A stretch of DNA of 64,000 bases from Squalus acanthias. Its lineage: Eukaryota. The translations under genes and the position numbers were made by a program. Positions 35,357 to 49,080 of this stretch are shown piece after piece. The stretch lies in NCBI GenBank assembly GCA_030390025.1, contig CM059432.1:108564001-108628000 (forward strand), in the 5' to 3' direction. The notes beneath the pieces were generated by a model. It had not been told where the DNA came from and searched no databases. It saw nothing but the letters and a program-made list of their open reading frames with translations. The stretch's first letter is position 1. The number at the start of each line of letters is the position of its first letter.

Positions 35357-38322
35357 GTAGAGTCACAACGGCACAGAAGGAGGCCATTCGGCTAATCGAG
35401 TCCGTGCCGGCTCTCTAGAGCAATCCAGTCAGTCCCACTCCCCCGCTCTATCCCCGTTGCCTCCAGTCTGAAAAACAGTCATTTACCACAACTCGCTGTT
35501 TTCTGTCCTTAAGCCAATTCTTTATCCTAGCTGCCACTGACCCACCTATTCCATGAGCCTCAATATTATTAACCAGCCTTCAATGTGGTATTTTGTCAAA
35601 TGCCTTCCTAAAATCCATGTAAACAACATCCATTGCATTCCCTTCATCAATCCTCCCTGTTACTTCATCAAAAAATTCAGTTAGATTAGTCAAACATGAT
35701 CTGCCTTTTACAAATCTGTGTTGGCTGTCCTTAATTAGCTTGAAGCTCTCCAAGTGCCCGTTAATTTTTTCCTTGATTTCGGGGGGCAATTTTCTGACGT
35801 CGGAGGAGGCGGGTTTGGAGGCGGGAAAGGCGGGAAAATCAGAAACAATGAGGGTGGGGTCGGAAGCCGCCTCCAACACGCCTCCGTGGGATTTTGCCAG
35901 TGTCGGTTTTGGAGGTCGGGAAATGGTCCCGCCTCCAGCTGGCCATAGTGCTACTTAAGATCATTAAATGCTCATTGAGGGCCTCTCTAAGCCTATTTTG
36001 AGAAGCCCTCGTGATTTTTCGAGCATTTTGGCGTGCTCCACGCACCTCCTAAACCACACCAGCTAAACCTGGCGGGTTGACTCATGGGTGGTCTCCTCAC
36101 AGCTGCAGGTCCAACAAGACAACGTTTATTTCATCAAGGATTACTTGCAGGTGCCAGACCTTTGCTTTAAAAGGTCTCTGAGAACTTTTAGAAGGCCTTC
36201 CGAAGTCAGAGGTGCTGCAGCTTGAATCTATCAACTGTGGGACCTCCTTGGAAGACACTCTCCCCGCTTGCAATGAGCGCTTCCCCAAAGGAGGCATCTG
36301 CAAGCAGCATGGGAACCATTTGTTTTCTTTCTGCATGGACCTCAGATAAGGATGAGGAGGAGGAGGAGGCTGAGGAGGAGGAGGAAGATCTGGAGGAGGA
36401 GGAGGAGGAGCAGGAGGAGGTCAGAGCGCTGGAGTATCGAACAGCAGCGGCAGCAACGAGCACATGGCTGCCCGGGATACAAGGGATGAACTTATCATGC
36501 CCAGATTTGCATAGGTTGCCCAAGTTGGCTCATGTCCTTGGCTCCATCCTAAGGTATCATTGACAATGGACATGACTCTCTGGCCTCCTTTAACTCAGGC
36601 CACCAACCTGACAACGCAAGTGTAGCGAAGCCCGTAATGTGAAGCTGCCTAAGGCGAAAGAACAGATGCCATAATGCAAACATTTTGGCATCAAATCATT
36701 TTAATGCTTTCCAACATGGATGGTATTTCATCAATACACAGAAACATTCTCCCAATCTGCACACAGATCTGGAGGTTATATCCCTTGCCAGCTGTACCCA
36801 CACAGCCTTGGTTTCTTTGGGAGCCCTCTTCCTCCGAGATGAGTGGAAGAGCACCTCCATGCTAGCTCTCACCCCCTCAAACAACATTTGCAGCGCCTCA
36901 TCCGAGAGCCTCGGGGAGGCCCTTGGCTTGGAATTGGACATAGTGGTTTCTCAAAAGATGTTGCAGGATAGGCAGAAATGCTGTGGAATGATCCAAGGCA
37001 GCAAGTAGCCATAAAATCAGACTGGAAAAGTGATGTCAGCAGAGGCGAGTTTCAGTCCCAAAACACTAATTGACCAAGGGCATCCCACACCTCTGAAATC
37101 AAGTGGCCAATCAGGGGAAAATCGCAAATTTTTGAAAATTGTCACTGGAGGCGGGTTTCAAACTCACCCAAACCGAAACCCACCTCCAGTGAGAAAATCG
37201 CCCCCATTGTTTCTAAAACTTTACCCACCGCTGATGTAAAATTGACTCGCCTGTAGTTACTAGGATTGTCCTTACACCCTTTCTTGAATAATGGTGTCAC
37301 ATTAGCCACTTTCCAATCCTCGGGCACCTCCCCCACATCTAGGGAACATTGGAAAATTATGGCAAGCCCTTCCGCTATCTCCTCCCCCAACTCCCTTAGC
37401 AACCTGGGATGCAAGCCATCTGGACCAGGCGACTTATCCATTCTAAGCATACCCAGCCTTTCTAGTACATCCTGTCTTATCAATTTTCACCCCTTCCATT
37501 GCTTCTACCTTTTCCACTTCTACCGATATTTTGTCAGCATCCACCTCCTTCGTAAACACCGATACAAAGTACTCATTGAGTATTCTAGCCTTGCCCTGCG
37601 CCTCTAAGCATATATCACCTTCTTTGTCCCTAATAGGCCCCACCGCGCCTCTTACTACTCACTTACTGTTTACATTTTTTGGGTTCCCTTTTATGTTAAC
37701 CTTTATGTTAACTGCCATTCTACTCTCATATTCTCTCTTTGCCAATCTTATTTTCATCTTCACTTCCCCTCTCAACTTATTATATTTGGTCTGGTTCTCC
37801 CTTGAAGAATTCACCTGACATGCATCATACACCCTCTTTTTTTGTTTCATCATCTTCTCTATCTCCCTCGTCATCCAAGGAGCCCTTGCTTTGGTTCCCT
37901 TACCCTTCCCTCTTGTTGGAATGTACCTAACCTGTACTTGGAACATCTCCTCCTTAAAGATCACCCATTGTTCCGTTACAGTTTTTCCTGTCAGTCTTTG
38001 GTTCAATTTTACCCTGGCTAGATCCTTTTGCATCCCATTGAAGTTAGCCCTATTCCAGTTTAGCAGTTCCACTCTAGATTGTTCCTTGCTCCTCTCCATT
38101 GCTAATCTAAATCTTATGATACGATGATCACTCGTACCCAAGTGTTCTCCCACAGACACTTGGTCGACCTGGCCCACCTCATTCCCCAGCATCAGATCCA
38201 GCAATGCCTCCTTCCTAGTTGGGCCAAGAACATACTGGTGAAGGAAATTCTCCTGAACACATTTCAGAAATTCCTCCCTGTCCTTTCCCTTTACCCTAGC
38301 ATTATCCCAATCAATATTTGGG
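35357..38322 (-). mobile_element. CR1 fragments (3' tail piece 35357-35460; ORF2 pieces 35462-35780 and 37206-38322) split by H4
   Basis: LDLMLGNE..SDHRII (endonuclease end), KSPGPDGLHPR, MDFRKAFDKIPH. Confidence 0.88.
35782..37205 (+). mobile_element. H4: doubly deleted Harbinger (derivative of the H7 family)
   Basis: TIR GGGGGCAATTTTCT/GGGGGCGATTTTCT; transposase N/C fusion (MGTICFLSAWTSDKDEEEE..); Myb truncated after ..ARDITSRSVCR. Confidence 0.88.
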
Positions 38323-39469
38323 TCGCATTTTTGTAAATGTTTCCATTATAAATTCTTATGTCTACATTTATAATGAAAACCGCATATGTAAACTTGTCAC
38401 GCTGTAATTACACCCTCCTGCTAGAGGTGGTGTAGCACCTCAGTTTTGCAAATCACCAGGTCCTCGACCTGTACTGCAGATAAACTGCTATACTCCAACC
38501 AACTGTACTTGTATGCTTCCTAAATGTTACTATTTAACTATTAATATAAAATTAAAGTATTATAAATATAAGGACAGAACGTATGACTTTAAAATGCAGA
38601 CTGAATTATATCTGTGCACCCTGGTTCAATTATCCTCCATTCTTTAACCCTACTTTGGCTGAAGACTACACTTGGTCTTGACTTCCGTTGTGCAGTGTAG
38701 TATTCATGATATTTGTAAACTTGCTATTTTACTCTGTATTGATGAAAAATTGACAAAGCATACAACTATTCTTGAACTAGCAGTTCTAGTAACCGAGGGC
38801 TGTGTTCAGTTTTGGAAGAGTCCTTTTGAAGTGCTACAACCTGGAGATACATCTATGATCAGGCATCTTTTTAGGCCTTGCATTTGACTGTCTGTATGGT
38901 ATGGAAAACTCATTCAATCACGCCGTGCTAATAGCAGTTGAATGTTAGTAGCCTTGTTCATAACATGATTTTTCCATGTACATGATCATTCACAATGCAA
39001 AGTTACATTGTAACAATCTTTGGTGCTACCATGTTTCAGCTCTGCCTTTTCCAGTGCATATATCTCATTTCATAAGAACATAAGAAATAGGAGCAGGAGT
39101 AGGCCACTCGGCCCTTATCTCACCAATAAGATCATGGCTGATCTTCTACCTCAACCCTACCTTCCTGCACTATCCCCATATCCCTTGATTCCCTTAGAAT
39201 CGAAAGATCTATCGCTCTCTATCTTGAATATACTCAACGACTGAGCATCCACAGCTCTTTGGGGTAGAGAATTCCAAAGATTCACAACCCTTTGAGTGAA
39301 GAAATTTCTCCTCATCTCAGTCTTAAATTGCCAACCCCTTTTTCTGAGACTGTGACCCCTAGTTCTAGACTCCACAGCCAAGGAAAACATCTTCCCAGCA
39401 TCTACCCTGTCAATTCCTTTAAGAATTTAATGTTTCAATAAGATCACCTCTTATTCTTCTAAACTCTAA

Positions 39470-41271
39470 GGGGGAAAAATTCGTGTTCACCAGCAAAGTT
39501 GCCAGTGTTACCGGCAACTGCATTTAATGGCTGCTGGAAATGGCCACGACACTAACCGAGTGAAATTGGTCTGGGATGCATGGAAATAGGTGGCGTAGCG
39601 CTCACCTTCCGTGCAACGCCATCCTGGTGGCGTTGCTGGAGGGATCCGGGACCAAGTTTCTGTCCAGGTCCGGCGTTGCAGCTTCTCACAACCTCTGTGA
39701 GTGAAGCTGTGGAGCTTGCAAGGAATTGTGGGTAATGACGAGATCTGAGAATTAAAGGGGCCATGCACACTGAAGCAATACAAAATAAAATGCAGTTTAT
39801 CAATACATTTTTCAGCCCTTTCTGCCTTTTAAGAAATATTCAATATTTCAAAGAAGTTCCAAGTGTGAATATTCAGCTGTTAAAGCTGAATTACCTTCCT
39901 AACTTCAACAAATAGGAAAACTGCCTCAGCACTAACACAAATGGCTCAGCAAGCCAGGAAAAGGGCACTGAGGGTCTCACACGCAGCACCCCAGCTTTGT
40001 GTAGGGGGTTAACACTGCAAGAGCGGCCCTCTACCCACAGTGGTCAGGAAGCCCTCCAGAAAAACGATGTGGAAGTACATCACTAAGGCCGTCACTGCCA
40101 GCAGTGTCACCCCCACCATCTGGCTCCAGTGCCCAAAGAAGCTTCATGACCTCAGACCACTGGTCAAGGTCAGTGAATGCATCTTCAAAAGCTGTCTCCT
40201 ACCAACTGCGCCACTAGCCTCACACACTGCCCAATGCACAACCCCCAATCACTCACCTACCAACTGCACCAATGACGAGGCACATCTCCCATTCCTAGCC
40301 TCACCTCACCCCCTTGGAGGAGACGGTGCTGGCCATTCTTGGCAGGGGCATGGTTGAGCCCTTGGCCAGCGGCGGGGCTGAAAGGATACAAGATGCAGGT
40401 ATCCTCATACATTATCCTTCTTCTGGCATGCACCTCTTGCTTTCCCACCGTCCTGTCAGCACAACTCCACCCTTGTGCCTTCCTCATTTCACACACCCAA
40501 GAAATGCAGCCTGCCCAGTCAGTGGGTCAACAAGAAGAGGCAGCCTGCCCAGCCAGTGGGACCGCAGGCAGATGATTCCATCCCGGATATCCTGGCCACA
40601 AAGGGGCTATCTGGGATGCATCCTTCCATCTGATTCCTCCTCTTCGGCTTCCTCCCCTTCTGCGTCTTTCTCTTCCCTCTGCAAGCGGATTCTGTAAATG
40701 TGAAATGACTCTGTTGGTCAGGCAGCATGTCGACCTGAGACGTGAACTCTGTTTTTCTCTCCACGGATATTGCGTGACCTGCTGGGTATTGGCAGCATGG
40801 TCTGTCTTTTTAAAGGCCTTCGTTTACCATCAGACCCCTTGCAAGCATCAAGCAACATTCCCTACACACTTAAAACATTTGCACATCTATTGCAGCAAGC
40901 CACCACTTCAATAAAATCAAAAAAACCAAGTCCAAACCCTTAAATTTAAACTTACCTGAATGATGCATCTTTCCCTTTAGGAGCTGCAGACATCGCCACT
41001 GTCAGCCTGCTTGCACGCCAAGTTTACCTGGCGTGCTTAGGACCCAGAGGGTTGAAGTTCGCGTTGGTGACGTTAAGTCGGTGTTGCACACCAATTGATG
41101 TCACCATGCCACCATTTTTTTTCCAGGGCGCTGCCAGTTACCGACAGCGCAAATGGAGAGAGGAGTATTGCAGCTGCCACGGGACCCACCACCAGCTTGC
41201 AAAAGAGGCTGCCATTTTATCGCCATTTCATGGCGCTACAGAGCGGCGTTCAACAGATGAATTTCTAGCCC
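39470..41271 (+). mobile_element. H5: old non-autonomous Harbinger with Myb remnant
   Basis: TIR GGGGGAAAAATTC/GGGCTAGAAATTC; flanks TAA/TAG; ..MWKYITKAVTA..IWLQCPKKLHDL..VK|GTCAGT at 40040-40175. Confidence 0.78.
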
Positions 41272-41472
41272 TAGGGAATATAGGCCTAGTCTACTCAATC
41301 TCTCCTCATAGGACAATCCCCTCATCCCAGGAATCAGTCTAGTGAACCTTGGTTGCACTCCCTCTAAGGCAAGTATATCCTTACTTCGGTAAGGAGACCA
41401 AAACTGTACAGAGTACTTCAGATGTGGTCTCACCAAGGCCCTATATAATTGCAGTAAGATTTCTTTACTCTT

Positions 41473-41694
41473 TATGCAGCGAGTGGTGATGACCTGGAAT
41501 TCGCTGCCGACGGAAGTGGTGGAAGCGGAGACACTCAATGTTTTCAAGGGGAGACTGGATAGGCACTTGAGGGAAATAAACTCGCAGGGCTACGGGGATA
41601 GAGCGGGGGAATGGGACTGACTGGATTGCTCTACAGAGAGCCGGCACAGACTCGATGGGCCGAATGGCCTCCTTCTGTGCCGTTATGACTCTAT
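41473..41694 (+). mobile_element. Short CR1 3' fragment whose (GACTCTAT)n tail is split by H6 (tail resumes 49857-49869)
   Basis: cagcgagtggtg..gggccgaatggcctccttctgtgccgttatgactctat | taagactctatga. Confidence 0.85.
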
Positions 41695-42612
41695 GGGCGC
41701 AATTTTCCCATTGGAGGCGGGTTGGAGGCGGGTTTCGGTTTGGGTGGGTTCCAATCCCGCCTCCACTGTCAGGTGGGAAAAATTAGCGATTTTCCCCTAA
41801 TTGGCCAGTTGATTTCAGAGGTGTGGGTTCCCCTGGGCCAATTAGACTTTTGGGACTGAAACTCGCCTCTGCTGACGTCACTGATCCAGCTTCATTTAAG
41901 GGCTGATTGCTGCCTTGGCTCATTCCACTGGTTTTTGGTCGATGGTGCACCACCTCCAAACTTTTATCTCCTTGAAGAATGGCCAGCTCCAAGGCAAGGG
42001 CCTCCCCGCTGGTTGAGGGGGCGAGAGTTAGCAGGGAGGTGCTCTTCCCTTCATCTGGGAGAAAGAGGCCTCCCAAAGAAACCAAGGCTGTGTGGGTCCA
42101 GCTGGCAAGGGATATAACCTCCAGATCTGTGTGCAGATTGAGTGATTGTTTCTGTTTATTGATGAAATGCCATCCCTGTGGGAATGTATTAAAATTAGGT
42201 GATGGCAAACTGTTGGCGTGATGGCATCTGTTATTTCGGATTAGGCAGCTCCACATTGTGGGCTCCGCGACACTTGCATGGTCAGGTTGGTGGTCAGAGT
42301 GAAAGGAGGCCAGAGAGTCATGTCCATCGTCTATCATGTGTTAAGAAGGAGCCAAGCACATGTGCCACAATGGGCAACCTATGCAAATCTGACCAGGATG
42401 AGTGCATCCCTTGCATCACGGGCAGCCATGTGCTCGCGTGCTGCCGCTGCTGCTAGTCGATAAACCGCCGCTCAGTCCTCCTCCTCCTCCTCCTCCTCAT
42501 CCTCATCTGAGGAGGCTATGAACTGAGCCACTTGCTCATCAGGAAGCTGCAAGCCATGACACTGTGCCATGTTGTGCCATGCACAGCAGACCACGACCAT
42601 GCTGGAGACCCT

Positions 42613-45086
42613 GGGGGCGATTGTCCCACTGGTGGCGAGATGGAGGCGGGTTTCAGTTTGGGTGGGTTTGAAACTCGCCTCCACTGATAGGTTTCAAAAA
42701 TTTGCGGTTTTCCCATGATTGGCCACTTGATTTCAGAGGTGTGGGATGCTCTTGCTCAATTAGTGTTTTGGGACTGAAACTCGCCTCTGTTGACAGCACT
42801 TTTCCAGTCTGATTTTATGGCTTCTTGCTCCCTTGGCTCATTCCACAGGATTTTTGCGTGTCCTGCACCACCTCCAACATCTATTGAGAAACCACTATGT
42901 CCAATTCCAAGGCAAGGGCCTACCCGAGGCTCTCGGATGAGGCGCTGCAAATGTTGTTGGAGGGGGTGAGAGCTAGCAGTGAGGTGCTCTTCCACTCATC
43001 TGGGAGGAAGAGGGCTCCCAAAGAAACCAAGGCTGTGTGGGTACAGCTGGCAAGAGATATAACCTCCAGATCTGTGTGCAGATTGGGAGCCTGTTTCTGT
43101 GTATTGATGAAATGCCATCCCTGTTGGAAAGCATTAGAATGATTTGAAGCCAAAATGTTGGCATTATGCCATCTGTTCTTTCGCCTAAGGCAGCTCCACA
43201 TTGCGGGCACCACCACACTTGCGTTGTCAGGTTGGCGGCCTGAGTGAAAGGAGGCCAGAGAGTCATGTCCATTGTCAATGATGTCCTAGGATGGAGCGAA
43301 GGACATGTGCCAACTTGGGCAACCTATGCAAATCTGGCCATGATAAGTTCATCCCTTGCATCCCGGGCAGCCATGTGCTCGTGGGCTGCCACTGCCGCTG
43401 GGCGATACACCGGTGCTCTGACCTCCTCCTGCTCCTCCTCCTCCTCCTCCTCCAGATCATCCTCCTCCTCCTCAACCTCCTCCTCCTCCTCCTCATCCTC
43501 ATCTGAGGAGGGCTGCAACTGAGCCGCTTGCTCACCATGGCGCTGTGTGATGTTGTGCAGTATACGCCAGACCATGACCATTCTGGAGACCCAGTATGGT
43601 GTATACTGCAGGGCTCCACCTGATCGGTCAAGGCAACAGAAGTGCATCTTCAGCAACCCAATGGTTTGCTCTATGATGGACCTGGTTGAAGTGTGGCTTG
43701 TGTTGTAGTGCTCTTCAGCCTCGTTAGCTGGCCTCCTGATCGGCGTCATTAGCCACTTCTTCAGGGGGTAGCCTTTGTCATCAAGGAGCCATCCATTAAG
43801 TTGGTTTGGCGGATTGAAAAGCGGAGGAACACTAGAGTTCCGCAGGATGAAAGAGTCATGGCAACTACCACAGAAGTTGGCGCAAACATGCAAGAACTCC
43901 TTCTTGTGGTTACACACCAGCTGTACATTGAGGGAGTGGAAGCCCTTTCGGTTGACAAAGATAGCTGGGTTGTGATGGGGTGCCCTAAGGGCCACATGTG
44001 TGCAGTCTATGATGCCCTGCACCATTGGCATGCCTGCCATATTTGCAAAGCCAACCGAACGGGCAGTTATACTTGCTTGATTCCTTGTGAACTGGATGTA
44101 ATTGTGGGCCTTAGCAAAAAGGGCATCGGTAACCTGCGTGATGCAACTGTGGGTGGCCGACTGAGAGATGCCGCTGATGATCCCTGGAAGGAGCCTGAGG
44201 CAAAGAAGTTGAGTGCGGTGGTGACTTTGACAGCCACTCATAAGGGGTGTCCACCCGTTCCTCTGGGCACCAGGTCTTGCTGCAGCAGGCCGCAGATCTC
44301 TCGGACAACCTCTCGCGAAAGTCTCAGCCTCCTTTGGCACTGCTGCTCACTCATGTTGAGGTAGCTCATCCTTTGTCTGTAAACCCTCTGTCGGGGGTAT
44401 CTCCTGCGGCGAGGTGGCTCGATGCGCTGGTGCCTTCTTCCCTGTGCAGCATCACGTGGCTGAGCAGGAGGTTGGGGCTCCTGCTGCTGTTGCTGCTGAG
44501 CTGCCTGGTTCTGCTGCTGTCCTGGATGGTCCTCATCCTCATCTGAGGACCATGCAGAAAGAAAACGAATGGTTCCCATGCTGCTTGTAGATGCCTCCTT
44601 TGGGGACACGCTCATTGCAAGCGGGGAGAGGGTCTTACAAGGAGTTCCCACAGTTGATTGAGTCAAGCTGCAGCACCTCCGACTTTGGAAGGCCTTCTAA
44701 AAGTGCTCAGAGACCTTTTAAAGCCAAGGTCTGGCACCTGCAAGTAATCCTTGCTGCAATAAACGATGTCTTGTTAGACCTGCAACAGTGAGGAGGCCAC
44801 CCACGAATCAACCCGCCAGGCTTACCTGGCGTGGTTTAGGAGGTGCGTGGATCACGCCGAAATGCTGGAAAAATTGTGAGGGCCTCTCAAAATAGGCTTA
44901 GAGAGGCCCTTAACGAGCATTTAAGGATGTTAAATAGCACAATGGGCAGCTGGAGGCGGGACCATTTCCCGACCTCCAAAACCGGCACCGGCAAAATCCC
45001 TTGGAAGCGGGTTCCGAACCCGACTTCATTGATTCTGATTTTCCCGCCTCCAAACCCGCCTCCTCCGACATCAGAAAATCGCCCCC
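42613..45086 (-). mobile_element. H7: Harbinger with near-complete transposase and truncated Myb
   Basis: TIR GGGGGCGATT at both ends; Myb stub 42897-43082 (+). Confidence 0.9.
43324..44579 (-). pseudogene. Harbinger (HARBI1-type) DDE transposase of H7; obvious frame lesions confined to about 44170-44245
   Basis: [10 protein letters not shown]..poly[80 protein letters not shown], poly-E tail. Confidence 0.92.
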
Positions 45087-45812
45087 AACGGCTGCTGAAT
45101 ACTGCAGGGCTCCACCTGATCTGTCAAGGTATCAGAATCGCATCTTCAGCAAGCCAATGGTTTGCTCGATGATGGACCTGGTCAAAATGTGGCTGGTGTT
45201 GTAGCGCTCCTCAGCCTCGTTAGCTGGCCTCCTGATCGGCGTCATTAGCCACTTCTTCAGGGGGTCGCCCTTGTCACCAAGGAGCCATCCGTTAAGTTGG
45301 TTTGGCGGATTGTAGAGCGGAGGAACACTAGAGTTCCGCAGGATGAAAGAGTCATGGCAACTACCACAGAACTTGGCGCAAACATGCAAAATCTAATTCT
45401 TGTGGTTACACACCAGCTGTACATTGAGGGAGTGGAAGCCCTTGCCGTTGACAAAGATAGCTGGGTTGTGATGGGGTGCAGTCTATGACGCCCTGCACCA
45501 TTGGCAAGCCTGCCATATTTGCAAAGCCAACTGAACGCGCGGTTACACTTGCTTGATCCCTTGAGAAGCGGATGTAATTGTGGACCTTTCCGAAAAGGGC
45601 ATCGGTAACCTGCGTGATGCAACTGTGGGCGGCCGACTGGGAGATGCCACTGATATCTGCTGATGATCCTTGGAAGGAGCCTGAGGAAAAAACGTTGAGT
45701 GCGGTGGTGATTTTGACAGCCACTGGTAAGAGGTATCCACCCGCTCCTCTGGGCTCCAGGTGTTGGTGCAGCAGTGCGCAGATGTCTCCGACAACTTCTC
45801 GCGAAAGTCAAA

Positions 45813-48800
45813 GGGCTCGATTTTGCCAGGCCCGAGGAGGCAGGATTGGAGGCGTGTGAGGTGTTAAAATTGTGAAAAATGGCGGGCGGGCCCGATCCTG
45901 CCTCCATCCCGCCTCCGAGCAATTTTCCCAAATGCAAGTTTTCTGACCCTGTCTCCATCCTGCCTCCAAGAGGTGGGATAGGCCCTTAAGGCCCTTAACA
46001 ACCAGTTAAGTGCCTCTATAATCCCATTTTGAGAGGCCTTTCTGATTTTAACACTTTTCCCACGTGGTTCACGTCTCCTCTGAAACACGCCAGTGAAACC
46101 TGGCGGCAGCACAAGTGGACTGCTTACTAACAGCTGCAGCTCCACCATTAAAAAGGAGTTTTCAGCAATCATCATTTGCAGGTGGCAGAACTTTGTTGTC
46201 TCAGGTCTGGGGGAACTTTTAGCAGGCATACCCATTGTTGTGGAAGTTTGGAGCCTGACATCCATCTCCAGTGTGACCTCCTGGGAAACCCCTGTCGCCA
46301 CCTTGAATGAGCGCTTCCTCAACTGAGGCATATACCAGAAGCATGGGAACCATTTATTTCCTTTCCTCCTGGACATCAGATTTGGACGAAGACCAGCCGT
46401 GGCAGCAGCAGAACCATGAACAACAGCACCACCAACAGCAGCAGCAACAACAGGAGCGCCAAGCTGCTGCTCACCCACCTGAAGCCAGAAGGCGCCAGCG
46501 CGCGACCACATTGCTGCCCGGGATGCAAGGGACGCACTCCTCTTGGCCAGATTTGCTTAACCTGCACAATCAAACACTTTTGCCTCGCACCTTCTTATCA
46601 GACCATCGACAATGGCCAAGAACCTGTGGATTCCTATCACTCTGACCACCATACTGACAATTGCAAGTCATCCTAAGCCCTCAGTGTGGAAGTCCCATTA
46701 GCGATATGACAGACGCCACAACTGCAACAGTTGCCATCAGAATTTTTTATTTACAATAATCAACTGATGGCTTTTCAACATTAAACATGACATTTCACCC
46801 AAGTGACTACCCTTGTGACTACTTGTGCATTATCTTCCTCTTACGCGTGCTCCTACGTGGTGCTTCCCCTGTGGCTTCAGCAGATGTGGAGGCCCCTTGC
46901 TCACTTTCTTGCTGCTCCTGTCTCGACACCTTGGTGGGCGTCCTCTGGGGTTGCGAGCCTGTGAGGGCTCGGCACCAGTCTGCTGCTCCTGCGGCTGTGG
47001 AGGGGTGGAGACGCCAATCTCAGTTGGGTAGGGACTCTGGTGGGGCTCTGACCGAGGACTTTGCAGTGGCATGGTCGTGTGAGCGCTTGGAGAGGAGCCC
47101 CTACTTCCTTGTTGTCTGCCACCAACATCCCTCTCATGGGTCAGCCCCACTTCAGAGCTAGCAAGTGGCTTGACAGCACCTTGCTGCACTTCAGGGGGGC
47201 CATGAGGACCCGTTTCTGTACTGGAAGTCCTACTCCCGAGGACTTGCATGAAGGTCTGGTTTGTTTGCTCAATAGCTAACCATCGCTCCTCAAGAGATGT
47301 CAGTCTATTCTGAAGAATTACCATGTTTTCCATACCCTGGCGACTAAGCTCCTCGATGGACATAGCCATCCTCTCCTCTACCGTAGCCATCCTCTCCTCT
47401 ACCGTAGCCAGCCTTACCATGGAGGTAGCCATCCTTTCCACGGAGGTTGCCATCCTTTCTGTGGTGATGCGTTCATGCGCCAAAGCCTCCACAAAGGCTC
47501 TGCTCCTGTTAGCGATGGACTCCTCCATTCACTCCACACTTGCAGCGACCCTGGAGACAAAACCTGCCAGAGACTCCAGCACCTCTTCCTGGAGTTCCAG
47601 CACCGCTCTCCTTCTGGATGTACCCGGAGGCAGAGGGTCGACATGCAGCTGAGCCGAGCTGGCAGAGTCCTGCGCCCTCCGACTAGGACTCTCCACTGCT
47701 GTCCCTGTCTCCACCATCTGCTGATGCTCACTTGTGAGCTGTGATACACCAGGTGACAACACTACTCTATCTTGCGAAGGCACCACCGAGGTGCGTTGAA
47801 TTCTGCTGACGCTGCGCCCTCAGAGGTTGCAGCTTCCTCTGAGGTGTCTGGAGGCTCAGGCTGTTCCTCCTGGATAGTGGGGACGGGGGCTTTCGATGGT
47901 CCTGTGGGGTAGTAAAGGAAAGAGTCAGAGATGTGAGGCCAAGGTTACATGCACATTGAATATTGCAGATGATCATAAGTCAATCTGTTAGAGCATCAGA
48001 ATCATTATCAGTGACTCATGCAATGTCAATGAGAGAGATGAAAAACTATTCTGTCACCAGCTTGCTCTGATGCACCCATCTGTCCATCCCCCACTTGCGC
48101 ATCGTCCTCCACTCCCACGATCTCCAGGGCCGCCTCCTCCCAGGGGGTGAGCTGGGCTACTGAGGGTGGCCCTCCTCTTGTCTTTGCTCTTTCCCTCTTA
48201 TTGTGAGCTCTCTTTTCCTGCAATGAGGGAGACAAGTGGAGTTTGAGTGAGAATGAAGAAGTGAGTGTAGAGAATCCATAGCATAGATGCCGAGAAGGAG
48301 ACAAAGATTCAGTGAGGTGGCAAGACCAAGGGCCATCCCTGTGTGTTATAAGTTGTTTTCATAGCATCACAGCGATAGGGAGTGTGAGGGCTGCATAATC
48401 GAATAGTTCAGTGAATTTGAACATACAGAGAGAGGGAATGGGTAAGGGTGCAGGGATGTCAGTATCAAGTGGGATGTGTAGGAAGAGGTTGTCAAAGCTG
48501 AGTGCTGGTGAGGAGAGGCAATGGGGATCAGATTGAGTGTGATGGGAAAATCATACGTACTTTTCCAGTGCGTAGAAGGTCATGAAACCTCTTCCTGCAC
48601 TGCAGCCAGGTTCTGCGGCACATAGATAAGGAGTTGACCTCCTGGGCCACTTGAATCCACACAGCCTTCGTCTGCTGGGGAGGCTTCTTCCTCCCTGAAG
48701 AAGGGAAGAGCACCTCCTTATTCCCTCTTGCTCCCTCCACCAGAGCTTGCAGGGTGGCGTCATCAAACCTCGGTGCAGACTTAGGTCTACTGCTGGACAT

Positions 48801-49080
48801 TTTGCCTGGAAGAAACTATCAGAGCAAAGGCCAAAAGGTTTGCAGTTTGCAGAAGAAGCAAGGCTGCTTGCAGGCCTTAAATCCAGCAGCATTGATGACG
48901 TCATCGGAGGCGAGTTTCAGAATGGAAAGACTAATTGGGCCAGGGGTTCCCACACGCTGGAAATCATTTGCCCAATTAGGGGAAAATCGCATATTTTTCC
49001 CACATCAAATTGGAGTCGGGTGGCTAACACGAAAAGCGGATGACACGCCCCCAGCCCGCCCCAATGACAAAATCGAGACC
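45813..49080 (+). mobile_element. H8: Harbinger with transposase core deleted and Myb gene retained
   Basis: TIR GGGCTCGATTTTG/GGTCTCGATTTTG; N/C fusion junction 46495-46501; Myb on minus. Confidence 0.9.
46826..48800 (-). pseudogene. Three-exon Myb/SANT plus coiled-coil gene of H8
   Basis: Exon 1 48800-48561 MSSSRPKSAPRFDDATLQALVEG..WLQCRKRFHDLLRTGK; exon 2 EKRAHNKRERAKTRGGPPS; exon 3 with RMAT heptads, a stop at about 47530 and indels. Confidence 0.87.

Noticed and set aside
40725..40812. Penelope pseudo-LTR fragment as a ribozyme
   Set aside because: CUGANGA is missing and GAAA is mutated to GAGA.
43324..44340. Domesticated host HARBI1 gene
   Set aside because: It lies within TIRs, is multi-copy in the window, and carries a stop and frameshifts.
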